DNA of 64,000 bases from Candidatus Helarchaeota archaeon (GCA_019058315.1 JAHPZH010000003.1:204351-268350); one strand, 5' to 3'; shown: positions 9,186-19,054, counted from the stretch's first letter. The notes: generated from the letters alone by a model not told the origin. Translations and numbers: made by a program.

Positions 9186-10058
9186 TTGGTGTTTTTATTG
9201 AAAGCTTTAATAATTTATTTCTCTCAAACTGGTGGAACTGAAAAAATTGCAAAACAAATACAGAAGGGAATTCTGAAAAGTGGCAATGAATGCGAAATGG
9301 TTCGAATCAAAGATGCAAAAAATAAAAAATTAGTTGATTTTGACTTAATTGGTTTAGGTTGTCCAACTTTTTATTACCGAGAACCTCTAAGTGTAAAATT
9401 ATTCATACAAAATATAGATAATGCAAATGGGAAACATTGTTTCATTTTTTGTACACATGGTTCTGTTATTGGTAATACATTTTATTATATGAACGAAGAA
9501 TTGAATAAAAAGGGTTATTTGGTTATAGGGGCATTTGATTCTTATTCTGAATCCTCCATTCAATTTTATCCCCAACCAATGCACACTGCTAAACATCCTG
9601 ATGATATAGAACTTAGAGAAGCTGAGGAATTTGGTCAAAAGATATGTAACACCAGTCTAAGAATACAAAAGGGAGAAAAAAAACTAATTCCAAATTTTGA
9701 AGAAATTGAGAATACATGGTGGGCAAGAGACTCAAAGCTAGCGACACCTGAAGCATTAAGATCAATGACTCCTAAATTTATAATTAATATTGAAAAATGT
9801 ACAAAATGTTTAACATGTCAAGACAATTGCCCTGGAGATGCTATTGACGTTGAAGCCGATCCACCAGAAATTCAAAAAGAAGGATGTATTTTTTGCTGGT
9901 TTTGTGAAAAATTATGCCCAGAAGAAGCTATTGAAGCAGATTGGACTTCAGCAAGAAAATTATTTAAGGGAAATTTGAGGAGATATATAAAGGAATTAAA
10001 AAAAGCTGAGGAACAAGGAAAATTTAGACCATATGTGGATTATGAAAAAATAAAATAG
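9186..10058 (+). CDS. EFR1-like flavodoxin / 4Fe-4S ferredoxin fusion
   Basis: YFSQTGGTEKIA FMN loop plus two CxxCxxCxxxCP motifs. Confidence 0.9.
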   Translation: MVFLLKALIIYFSQTGGTEKIAKQIQKGILKSGNECEMVRIKDAKNKKLVDFDLIGLGCPTFYYREPLSVKLFIQNIDNANGKHCFIFCTHGSVIGNTFYYMNEELNKKGYLVIGAFDSYSESSIQFYPQPMHTAKHPDDIELREAEEFGQKICNTSLRIQKGEKKLIPNFEEIENTWWARDSKLATPEALRSMTPKFIINIEKCTKCLTCQDNCPGDAIDVEADPPEIQKEGCIFCWFCEKLCPEEAIEADWTSARKLFKGNLRRYIKELKKAEEQGKFRPYVDYEKIK

Positions 10059-10073
10059 AATTTTTTAATCCAT

Positions 10074-10595
10074 TCATTTTTTTTGTTCAATATTACAAAC
10101 TTGTTGAAAAATAATATCCCATAGTTCTCTTTCATTTAAATTATAATATCGTTTCATAACAAATGGAAAAAATATTCCCATACCAACTAAATATATTCCT
10201 ACTATAAGGCATTCCAAGCTTGTTAGAAATAAACTTAAGTATTTTGTGTTGTTGATATTTTTAAATACCATATATATAAAAATCATCCCTATTACAAAAA
10301 GTATTGATGTAATTAGATTAATTAAATATAATTGTTTTTTATTGAAACTTATTTTAATGTCTGTTTTTAGGGTTCCTTCTAATAATATTTTCCCACTAAA
10401 AGTGAAATTTTCATTCCATCCGAAAATTCCCTTATATTTAATTTTATTCCAACTAAATTTAATTTCATCCTTATTTTGTTCCAATTTATTATGTTTGATA
10501 TTATAAATTCTATCAATTTGTTGTAAGGCAAGCCAGATTTCCCCAAAACAAGTCTCTCTCTGCTTATTTACTGAATTTGAATACAAAATAATCAT
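10074..10595 (-). CDS. Hypothetical membrane protein with two C-terminal TM helices
   Basis: 173-aa ORF with two hydrophobic segments; no recognised motif. Confidence 0.6.
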   Translation of the reverse strand: MIILYSNSVNKQRETCFGEIWLALQQIDRIYNIKHNKLEQNKDEIKFSWNKIKYKGIFGWNENFTFSGKILLEGTLKTDIKISFNKKQLYLINLITSILFVIGMIFIYMVFKNINNTKYLSLFLTSLECLIVGIYLVGMGIFFPFVMKRYYNLNERELWDIIFQQVCNIEQKK

Positions 10596-10781
10596 TCTAC
10601 TGAATAGATTAAAATTTTATGTTTCCCATGATGATAATCTTTTTTATAATTTAAATAAATTTACATTCTGGAATATAACAGAAAAAGGATTTTAATTGTA
10701 TAATATTTTTTAATAGAGGGTAAATTCAATAACATAAATAGAACTATTTTAATATAAAAAACATTAAAAAAGCTTTTATGA

Positions 10782-11573
10782 TTAGATTTTAGATTTCCAT
10801 TGGTCTACTTTTTTCCTAAATGCATCTATTGAGCTGGAGTCCATAGGAAGATCGGGAGCATGTTTTAATTTACCGCTAACTGTTCCAATATCTCGAATTA
10901 TTGAAGAAAAGCCTATTAATTCTGCAAGATCATCCCTAATATTTTCTAATATTTTTTGTAAATCATGAGTGGTTGTTTCTTCAGTAATTTGAGATTTGAG
11001 ATTTTCAAGCATTGTTAAAGCTTCTGTATTTTGTTCTTTAGGTTCTAGTGCTTTAGGTTTAGGTTTTGCTTCGGGCTTTGGGGGTGGTGGAGGAGTTCTG
11101 GGTTTGAACTTCGAAGCACCAGCTCGTTTTTTTAACACATCAACACTACTATAACGAGAGATTGTAGCAGATGTCGCAGTTTCACTTTTTATAGAAGGAG
11201 TACTTTCTTCAGAAAAAATACTTACTGTTGTTGGAGCAGCAGTTGCTTCAACTGATGAAGGTTGTTTTTCTTTAGGACTAGTTAAAACATCTGTTAAACT
11301 AACCTTTGCCTCTGTAGGTCTTGCTGTGCTTACTGCTTTTTTTGTTGTACTTATAGGCTTAGAAATCTTTCCCCCTTTTAAATTCAGAATTTCTTGTTCT
11401 AATTCAGAAATTCTCTTTTCTTGATCAAGGATTATATTAATCAATTCTCTTGAAGATTTTCGTTGTTTTTTTTCTAAATCTAAAAGTAAATCATTGATTT
11501 CATCGTTTAGATCTATAATTTTTTTTATTTCGTCCTTTGTCATTTTTAGATCCTTATTAACCAAATCAACCAT
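10782..11573 (-). CDS. Hypothetical protein: coiled coil, Ser/Thr/Pro-rich linker with PPPPP, helical C-terminal domain
   Basis: Heptad-like N-terminus, low-complexity middle, RTPPPPPKPEAKPKPK. Confidence 0.75.
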   Translation of the reverse strand: MVDLVNKDLKMTKDEIKKIIDLNDEINDLLLDLEKKQRKSSRELINIILDQEKRISELEQEILNLKGGKISKPISTTKKAVSTARPTEAKVSLTDVLTSPKEKQPSSVEATAAPTTVSIFSEESTPSIKSETATSATISRYSSVDVLKKRAGASKFKPRTPPPPPKPEAKPKPKALEPKEQNTEALTMLENLKSQITEETTTHDLQKILENIRDDLAELIGFSSIIRDIGTVSGKLKHAPDLPMDSSSIDAFRKKVDQWKSKI

Positions 11574-11740
11574 TTAATTAATATTTTACTAGAACTTATT
11601 CTTGATTTTAATTTTAGATGTATAATTTAATGAATAATGCATATTTTTATTAAGAATTAAAATTAAATTTTAATTTTATAATATCATAATAAATTTGAAG
11701 CATGGGATAAGGCAGATTTGATATCAAGAGGTTAATTAAT

Positions 11741-13111
11741 TTGCAGAATTCTGAAATTAAAAGTACAAAAACTTCTTATGAAGATAAAACCGAGCTAATT
11801 ACTCACGTAGGAATGATTTCACATCATGGATATTTTGCGGGTGATCCTCAATTAGGGAAAGTAGATACAGGAGGTCAAGTTGTATTTGTTTTAGAACTTA
11901 GTAAATATCTTCATGAAGTTTGCGATATGAAAGTTACAATATTCACTAGATTATTTAATGAAGACGAATCTCCAATTCATGCTAAGGTACTGGAACCTGT
12001 AAGTGAGGGTGTAAAAATAGTTAGAATAGCTGATAAAATGAGCAAAAAAGGTTTTATTAGAAAGGAAGATTTATACCCTTATCTCTCCGAAACAGCTGAA
12101 AATATTGTGAAATGGATAAATAACAATGAAAAAATAGATATTATTCATTCCCATTATGTTGATGGGGGCATTTTAGGGGAGCAAGTTTCTAGGCAGCTTA
12201 ATCTACCTTGGGCACATAATTCCCATTCACTCGGAAGGGTTAAACGTGATGCATTTGTAAAGAAATTAAAAGACCAAGATGAAATAGAAGAAATTGATAA
12301 ACACTTTAACTTCGATTTACGCTTTAAAAATGAAGAAATGATTTATGAAAAATGTCATCAGATTTTTGCAGAATCTCTAGATGAAAAAACGAAATTATTG
12401 AAATATTATGGTCAAAAATATGATGGAAAAACTGCAATAATTCCACCTGGAGTGAACATGGAAGTTTGGCATCCAAATCCAGTTAATAAGGACGAACATC
12501 CATTAAATAGTCTATTCTCGGTAAAGGATCATCGTTATGTTTTTTCCGTATCCAGAATAGATCCTAGAAAAGGTTTGGACTTGCTGATAGAAGCAACACC
12601 ACTTCTTAGAGAAAAAATTGATGAAGATATAAAAATAGTAATTGGTGGTGGTTCAAAAAAAGGAAGAACTTTAAAGCCATATGAAAAATCCCTACATGAG
12701 TTAGCCGCAGAAATTGATCCTGATAAAGAATTTATCTATCTTACTGGTTATATTCCAGATGAGGATATTTTAGATTATTATAATGCAAGTGAAGTTTTTG
12801 TATTGCCAGCAAGATGGGAATTATTTGGAATTACGATGTTGGAAGCAATGGCTTGTGAAAAACCTGTCATAGTAACTAAATTTGGAGGACCAGCATCGAT
12901 TATCGAAGATGGTTTTAACGGTATATTAGTTGATCCAACGAATAAAGAAGAACTGTCATCGAAAATAATCAAGGTCTTAAATGATAGAGAATTAGCAAAT
13001 AAATTGGGAAAAAATGCTTTAAAAACGATAATAAAAAAATATTCATGGTCTCATGTTGCTCAAGAATATTATAATTGTTATTTACAAACGACTAAATCAT
13101 TTTATAAATAA
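11741..13111 (+). CDS. GT4 glycosyltransferase, sucrose-phosphate/mannosylfructose-phosphate synthase-like
   Basis: ISHHGY...LGKVDTGGQVVFVLELS, IHSHYVDGG, HSLG, SRIDPRKG, ELFGITMLEAMAC. Confidence 0.85.
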   Translation: MQNSEIKSTKTSYEDKTELITHVGMISHHGYFAGDPQLGKVDTGGQVVFVLELSKYLHEVCDMKVTIFTRLFNEDESPIHAKVLEPVSEGVKIVRIADKMSKKGFIRKEDLYPYLSETAENIVKWINNNEKIDIIHSHYVDGGILGEQVSRQLNLPWAHNSHSLGRVKRDAFVKKLKDQDEIEEIDKHFNFDLRFKNEEMIYEKCHQIFAESLDEKTKLLKYYGQKYDGKTAIIPPGVNMEVWHPNPVNKDEHPLNSLFSVKDHRYVFSVSRIDPRKGLDLLIEATPLLREKIDEDIKIVIGGGSKKGRTLKPYEKSLHELAAEIDPDKEFIYLTGYIPDEDILDYYNASEVFVLPARWELFGITMLEAMACEKPVIVTKFGGPASIIEDGFNGILVDPTNKEELSSKIIKVLNDRELANKLGKNALKTIIKKYSWSHVAQEYYNCYLQTTKSFYK

Positions 13112-13173
13112 TTGATTAACTTATAATAGAATTTACAATTGATATATTTAATGAGGTTAATCAACTGGAATGG

Positions 13174-14745
13174 TTGTCAGAAGTCAAACAAGGAAAATAT
13201 AAAGGAATTAAACAAGCCGCATTATATTATGAGAAAAGTTTTAAGAATCCAGAATTTAAAAAAATAACCATTGAGGAATTATTAAAAAAAATTGGCTCAT
13301 CTATAATTGATGAACGTATTGATGCTTCTTGGATGCTACTTAAAATCATTAATTGCCATCCATTAACACTTTTTGAGAATATTTCAAAGTTAAATTTTTT
13401 TTTAAAGGATGAAAGTAAAGAAGTTGTTCGGAATATAGCGAAAATTATTGAATTTTTAGCATATAAAGACCCTGTAAAAATCGCCACTTCGATTCCTAAT
13501 CTTGTCGACTTGTTGGATGACGAAGATACACAATTAAGATTCATTGCTTCACTTATTTTTAAAGCAATCTCACGTAAATATGATAAAATAATCCAAATTC
13601 CAAAATTATTGAATTTACTTTATGATGTAAATGAAAAAACTCGTTTAAATGCTGTTAACACATTAATTGAAGTAACAGATGAGCATTTAGATAAGATTCT
13701 AGCGACATTATATCAGCTATTAAATGACAAGAGATATCAAGCGGAAGTAATTGATATTATTTTTAAAATTTCTTCAAAATATCCAGAAAAAACTGTAATT
13801 TCACTTATTCCACATTTAAAAAATAAAAATAATACCATTCGGCGATTTACACTTGTGTTTCTAAATAATTTTGGTGGGAAAAATTTAGATTATTTAAAAA
13901 AAGCTATTCCTCAATTAATTAAAATTTTACAAGATAAAGTTCGTAATAATCGAATATTAGTGAGTAATCTACTATTAAAGATTAGTCAAGATCACGGTCA
14001 AGATTTTAAAGATGACCTTCCAAAATTGCTTGAAAGTTTTAAAAAAGAAAAAGGTGATATTCAACTAAATATTTCAGCAATTTTAATTAATATTAATAGA
14101 TATTACCCAGATCAAATAAAAATTATTTCAGAAATCTCAAAGAAATTGGAAAAGATTTCTAAATCATCAAATTTTAAAAAATCAAGTATTGCTAGAGAAA
14201 ATTTAAGTACTATTTTAAAATGGAATGACGATTATGGTCCAGCCATAAAAATATGTCAAGAATTTATCCAAAAACATCCTTTAGAAGAAAATTTTAATTT
14301 ATTGATAAACATAGCACAAATTTATCACATAATTGGAGATTTTAAGAATGCAATTCGTTATTTTTTAGAAGCATCAAGATCTTCAGATGCATATTTCAGA
14401 TTATTATCTTTAATTATGTTATCATATGACTATATTCTTCAACATTTTTTCAAGGACGCATCAAAATTCTTAAAAAAAACAAATGAACAATATGAAAAAT
14501 TAAGTGATTTATTATCTTTAAAACGAAATCAGCAAATTACCCTCATGATTTCATATATTAAAGAATTAATTCAATTCGATTTTAACAAAGCCAGGGAATA
14601 TCTAACGAAACTTTCAAATTTAAATAATTTTACTCATAAATGGGAAAAACGAGCTATAAAGAATGAATTTCAGAATTTATTTGATATTGAACAACATTAC
14701 AAAATATATATAGCAAAATCTTCAAAAAATAATAAAGTTTTATAA
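13174..14745 (+). CDS. HEAT-repeat protein with C-terminal TPR-like helices
   Basis: Repeats LxDExxEVVRN, LLDDEDTQLRF, LYDVNEKTRLNAV; TPR-like NIAQIYHIIGDFKNAIRYFLEA. Confidence 0.78.
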   Translation: MSEVKQGKYKGIKQAALYYEKSFKNPEFKKITIEELLKKIGSSIIDERIDASWMLLKIINCHPLTLFENISKLNFFLKDESKEVVRNIAKIIEFLAYKDPVKIATSIPNLVDLLDDEDTQLRFIASLIFKAISRKYDKIIQIPKLLNLLYDVNEKTRLNAVNTLIEVTDEHLDKILATLYQLLNDKRYQAEVIDIIFKISSKYPEKTVISLIPHLKNKNNTIRRFTLVFLNNFGGKNLDYLKKAIPQLIKILQDKVRNNRILVSNLLLKISQDHGQDFKDDLPKLLESFKKEKGDIQLNISAILININRYYPDQIKIISEISKKLEKISKSSNFKKSSIARENLSTILKWNDDYGPAIKICQEFIQKHPLEENFNLLINIAQIYHIIGDFKNAIRYFLEASRSSDAYFRLLSLIMLSYDYILQHFFKDASKFLKKTNEQYEKLSDLLSLKRNQQITLMISYIKELIQFDFNKAREYLTKLSNLNNFTHKWEKRAIKNEFQNLFDIEQHYKIYIAKSSKNNKVL

Positions 14746-14767
14746 AAACAAAAATGTTGTGAGAGTC

Positions 14768-15289
14768 TTATTCAAGCTTATTTAATTTAATTTCCAAAAC
14801 TCCATTCTTATAAGAAGCAGAAATATTATCTTTGTCTACTTTACATGGTAAAGCTATTCTCTTATGGATTTTTCTTTTATGAACAGAAATTAAAATACTT
14901 GTACTTTTTAAATTGAGTTTTATATCATTTTTTTCTAAACCTGGTAAATCTACAATTATAATTAATTTTTCTTCATCATCTATAATATCAACTAAAATAT
15001 CTTTAGAAATATAAGGTTTAGAAAGAGTAGCAGCTTTGGGTTTTAAAGGTAAATTATTTCCTGTAATTCTAAAAATATCGCTATCATTGAATTGATCCAA
15101 ATTCAAATTACCTTTTTCTATTTGATCTTGAAATTGTGTAAAGAATTTTTCAAATTCCGGTAAAATTTTCTTGAAATTTTCAGCTAGATATTTGATAAGA
15201 TCATTAAAATTTTCACTTGGAATATCATCTTCGTCTCTGTCATCTTTCCTATTTTTTTTCTTTTTATTTTCGTCGAAATCGTCTACCAT
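14768..15289 (-). CDS. hsp20: Small heat shock protein (Hsp20/alpha-crystallin)
   Basis: VDIID...VDLPGLEKNDIKL...ASYKNGVLEI. Confidence 0.93.
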   Translation of the reverse strand: MVDDFDENKKKKNRKDDRDEDDIPSENFNDLIKYLAENFKKILPEFEKFFTQFQDQIEKGNLNLDQFNDSDIFRITGNNLPLKPKAATLSKPYISKDILVDIIDDEEKLIIIVDLPGLEKNDIKLNLKSTSILISVHKRKIHKRIALPCKVDKDNISASYKNGVLEIKLNKLE

Positions 15290-15443
15290 AAACTCACAAC
15301 TAATATATCAAAGAAATCGTTTAATAAAATATTTATTATTAGGGCATTAAAAATCAAAAGATTTAAAGGAAATAAAAACCTTAATTTGTTAAGAATTTAT
15401 AGAGAAATGATTTAACTTTTTATATATTAATGGAGCTAAAATC

Positions 15444-15620
15444 GTGCCAGGAAGTCATGGTAGCTTAACAAAAGCTGGGAAAGTGCGCCAACAAACTCCA
15501 AAAGTGGAGTCGAAGAAAGCACCTAAGCCTATACCCCGAATAAGGAATAAAAGGAATTATATTAAGAGAATAATTCAGGGGCAGAGGGTTGGGCAAGAAA
15601 AGTTTGATAGAAGAAGATAA
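15444..15620 (+). CDS. rps30e: 30S ribosomal protein S30e (eS30), not in ORF track
   Basis: GTG start after GGAG; [25 protein letters not shown]...[13 protein letters not shown] carries the HGSLxxAGKVRxQTPKV signature. Confidence 0.96.
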   Translation: MPGSHGSLTKAGKVRQQTPKVESKKAPKPIPRIRNKRNYIKRIIQGQRVGQEKFDRRR

Positions 15621-15820
15621 AAAACTTTTTATTTCTTGTAAATTTAACTTTTTTATTAACAACAATTTAGTTTTTTTTTTGAGTAAAGATGATGAAAAAA
15701 GTTTGTTGGAAGAAACTAATAAAGACAGAGTACTTAAAATAAAAAAAGTTTAAAATCTTTTAGAATAGAGGATTTAAAATAAAGAAAAAAATGGCAAAAA
15801 GCCAATTTTTTGAAGCAATT

Positions 15821-16111
15821 TTACTTTTTTGTTAATTCCAGCGTTATTTCGATTGTTGAAACAGAGAAATCGCCTCTATCTTTACTATGGATAGTTTCGG
15901 TTCCTGTCTCAATTTTTCCTATTTTGACTTGATTTTCCAAGAATCGAGATCTTAAGATTTCTGCTACATCTACAGCTCTTGAAATAGCTCTTCCTCTTGC
16001 TTTAATAACAATATCTTTAGAACCACCTTGAATTATTGCAAAACAAGCCATAACATAATTCATTGCAGATTTTTGTCCAATATATACCACATTATCATGG
16101 ATTTTACTCAT
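15821..16111 (-). CDS. albA: DNA/RNA-binding protein Alba
   Basis: VYIGQKSAMNYV, IKARGRAISRAVDVAE, VSTIEI; start moved to ATG 16111 because GGTGA upstream looks like the Shine-Dalgarno. Confidence 0.96.
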   Translation of the reverse strand: MSKIHDNVVYIGQKSAMNYVMACFAIIQGGSKDIVIKARGRAISRAVDVAEILRSRFLENQVKIGKIETGTETIHSKDRGDFSVSTIEITLELTKK

Positions 16112-16140
16112 TTTGTTTTTCACCTTTGTAGTTTTATGGT

Positions 16141-16248
16141 TTATGCACTAATTTTTTTTAGAAGATATTTTTTACCTTCGGATTTTTTTGGATTTGTTTT
16201 AGGTTTGCTTAATTTTACAATTCTTTTAATTTCCCTTGGTAAGATCAT
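16141..16248 (-). CDS. Possible 35-aa Lys-rich small protein directly upstream of alba
   Basis: MILPREIKRIVKLSKPKTNPKKSEGKKYLLKKISA*; TTTTAAG about 25 nt upstream of the ATG; stop 30 nt before the alba start. Confidence 0.35.
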   Translation of the reverse strand: MILPREIKRIVKLSKPKTNPKKSEGKKYLLKKISA

Positions 16249-16336
16249 AAAAAAATTGTATAAGACCTTAAAAGAAAAGTAATTATAAATATCTTTTTAT
16301 TCAAATTTAGAATTATCTAAAGATTATAATTGATGA

Positions 16337-17320
16337 TTATAATTGATTTACAAGGTTAGGTGGCATTTCCCCTTTTAATGCCAATATAAGATTCTTTGCT
16401 GCTATTAACGCCATTTTAGTCCTTGTTTCATAAGTTGCAGAACCGATATGTGGTAATAATACAACATTTTCTAATCTAACAAGCGGGTTTTTTTCTGCAT
16501 CAATTGGTTCACGAGTATAAACATCTAATCCTACAGCAGCAATTTTCTTTTCCTTTAATACCTCAATTAATGCTTGCTCATCGATTACGGAACCTCTAGA
16601 GGTATTGATCAGAATAGCAGTTTTTTTCATTAAATTTAACTCTTTTTTACCTATCATCTTTTTAGTTTCATTTGTCAGTGGAACATGAATACTGACAATA
16701 TCCGCTTCTTTCAATAGGGTTGTTAAATCCATAAATTTGGCTCCTAGTTTTTTTTCAATCTCTGGTTTTGGTGTTCGACTAAAATAAATTATTTGCATAT
16801 TGAAGCCTACGGCTCGCCTTGCAACTGCAGATCCAATTCTACCCATTCCAATAATTCCCAAGGTCTTTCCATATAAGTCATAACCCAATAAAAGAGTAGG
16901 AGTCCATCTTTTCCATTTTCCAGCCCTTAAATATTTATCAGCTTCAATTAACCGTCTTGCAGTTGCAAATATTAACCCCCAAGCGATATCTGCTGTGGCT
17001 TCGGTTAATACCCCCGGTGTATTAGTTACCATTATTTTTTTCTTCGTAGCAAATTTAATATCAATATTATCAAAACCAACTGCATAATTACTGATTATTT
17101 TTAAATTTTTTGCAGCCGAAATTACTTCTCCATCGATCTTATCTGATAAGCTACATAATAATCCGTCAATATCCGCAATTTCGCGTTTTAGTTTATTCTT
17201 AGTCAAAATTTCTGCTTCTGATTGTATTTTAATTTCAGCATTTGGTAATTCTTTGCGGATTAAATCGATTCCTTCTGATAATATCTCTCGTGTGATAAAT
17301 ATTTTCAAGGCCAAAATCAC
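16337..17320 (-). CDS. gyaR: Glyoxylate reductase / D-2-hydroxyacid dehydrogenase
   Basis: AVGFDNID, NTPGVLTEATAD, GMGRIG, NTSRGSVIDE, LPHIGSAT. Confidence 0.9.
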   Translation of the reverse strand: MILALKIFITREILSEGIDLIRKELPNAEIKIQSEAEILTKNKLKREIADIDGLLCSLSDKIDGEVISAAKNLKIISNYAVGFDNIDIKFATKKKIMVTNTPGVLTEATADIAWGLIFATARRLIEADKYLRAGKWKRWTPTLLLGYDLYGKTLGIIGMGRIGSAVARRAVGFNMQIIYFSRTPKPEIEKKLGAKFMDLTTLLKEADIVSIHVPLTNETKKMIGKKELNLMKKTAILINTSRGSVIDEQALIEVLKEKKIAAVGLDVYTREPIDAEKNPLVRLENVVLLPHIGSATYETRTKMALIAAKNLILALKGEMPPNLVNQL

Positions 17321-17373
17321 CCCATTTGTAATGGCAATAATAAAAATAAAAAGAAGAGAGTTGAAATAAATAA

Positions 17374-18579
17374 TTAAATTACTTTCTTTTTCTTAAGAGC
17401 TTTTATTTCTTCATCATTATATCCTAATTCGCTTAAAATTTCTTTTGTATGATGCCCCATTGGTGGTCCGGGGAATAAAAATTTCGCAGGAGTATCGGAC
17501 AATTTTATTGGAAATCCAATTTGTTTCATAGTTTCTCCATCGCCAATGGGCACGTCAATAACCATTTCTCTAGCTTTCACTTGAGGATCATCTTCAACTT
17601 CCCAAAGTTCATTCATGGGAGCTACACATGTATCGACTTTCCTTAATTCCTTAACCCAAGTATCTCTATCTTTGGTGAGAAATATCTTTTCAAATTGTTC
17701 GAACATCAAATCTTGAGGGGTTTTACCACTTCTTTCAGCTTCTTCTCTCGATATTTCCTTAACTCCCATTACTTTTATTAAATTCATATAAAATTTAGGT
17801 TCCAAGGCTCCAACTGTGATGTATTTTCCATCTTTACATTTATATATCCAATATTGTGGAAGCCCACCTGATAACATATTTCTTGAAGGATCTTGCCTCA
17901 CATTATCTACCAGGTATGAACTATAAACCATAGGAAGGAAACCAAGAGTTCCATCCATCATAGCTACGTCTATATACTGACCTTTTCCTGTTTTTTCGCG
18001 TGCAACTAATGCTATCAATATACCTATGACCGCATGTAGTCCTCCACCAAACATATCTCCTATCTGAAGTCCGGGTACTATTGGTTTCTTAGTTTCTCTA
18101 TCTCTCGTCACTGATGCTACACCAGATGTTCCTATATAATTGAGATCATGTCCTGCATAGTCCCGATAAGGCCCATTTTGTCCATAGCCTGTAATCGAAC
18201 AATAAATTATTCTAGGATTTATTTTTGCTATAGTTTCATAATCCACACCTAAATTTTTTACAACTCCCGGTCTAAATTGCTCTACAATTACGTCAGCAGA
18301 CTCTGCTAATTTATAAAAAATTTCTCTTCCTTCATCAGTTTTTAAATTTAGTGAAATATTTCTTTTATTTCGATTTAATGCATGATAAAGATAACTATCT
18401 TTTTTTCTAGTTCCGGGAATGGTAACATGAGGTGGAGCCATACGTGCGTTGTCTTGACGAACTCTGGATTCAATTTTAATAACATCAGCCCCGAAATCTG
18501 AAAAATATCTTGTACCAAAAGGTCCTGGAAATAACATAGTCAAATCTAAAATTTTAATTCCTTCTAAAGCTAAAACCAT
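17374..18579 (-). CDS. CaiB/BaiF family III CoA-transferase (AMACR-like)
   Basis: LEGIKILDL..PGP..DFGADVIKIE, NRNKR, EQFRPGV, GYGQNGPY..AGHDLNY. Confidence 0.93.
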   Translation of the reverse strand: MVLALEGIKILDLTMLFPGPFGTRYFSDFGADVIKIESRVRQDNARMAPPHVTIPGTRKKDSYLYHALNRNKRNISLNLKTDEGREIFYKLAESADVIVEQFRPGVVKNLGVDYETIAKINPRIIYCSITGYGQNGPYRDYAGHDLNYIGTSGVASVTRDRETKKPIVPGLQIGDMFGGGLHAVIGILIALVAREKTGKGQYIDVAMMDGTLGFLPMVYSSYLVDNVRQDPSRNMLSGGLPQYWIYKCKDGKYITVGALEPKFYMNLIKVMGVKEISREEAERSGKTPQDLMFEQFEKIFLTKDRDTWVKELRKVDTCVAPMNELWEVEDDPQVKAREMVIDVPIGDGETMKQIGFPIKLSDTPAKFLFPGPPMGHHTKEILSELGYNDEEIKALKKKKVI

Positions 18580-18788
18580 AATAATCGCCTTTTAGATTCC
18601 TTTCTCTAATCTTTAATTCTGAAATCATTTAAATTAAGGTCTAAAGATTTAAATTTTTTATTGTAGCATTTTAGTAATATTTGAAAATAATGAATTAATC
18701 GAATATATTCAATTAAAAAACTCAAAAAATTAAGAAAAAGTCGTAAATGGTGTATACTAATATAGTAGAGTAAGAGAATCTTTCAATC

Positions 18789-19004
18789 TCATTTTTTATC
18801 TTTGCTTGACAGATACCAGTCTAAATACTCTTTTCTTCGTTTTTCCTTTTCAAAATCCTTAGTTTTTTCGTGTTTGACTTGATCTCGAAGTTTTTCTTGT
18901 AAATCGTCAAGTTCGACTCTTGTAAGGCTCAAACCACAGCGTTTACAAGTGTATCTGTACAAGGCATACTTCATTTTGCCTGCGCACTCGGGGCACTTTG
19001 CCAT
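18789..19004 (-). CDS. Small zinc-ribbon protein with charged helical tail
   Basis: CPEC...CKRCG followed by a K/E/R-rich helix ending YLDWYL. Confidence 0.8.
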   Translation of the reverse strand: MAKCPECAGKMKYALYRYTCKRCGLSLTRVELDDLQEKLRDQVKHEKTKDFEKEKRRKEYLDWYLSSKDKK

Positions 19005-19054
19005 TCAAAACATCTCTTCATCTATTTAAAATCTATTTCAAAACATCTCTTCAT
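19004..19054. repeat. 18-bp direct repeat ttcaaaacatctcttcat, period 33 bp, over the start and upstream region of the zinc-ribbon gene
   Basis: Exact copies at 19004-19021 and 19037-19054. Confidence 0.85.

Noticed and set aside
15465-15665. 66-aa minus-strand ORF in the track
   Set aside because: Antisense shadow of the real eS30 gene.
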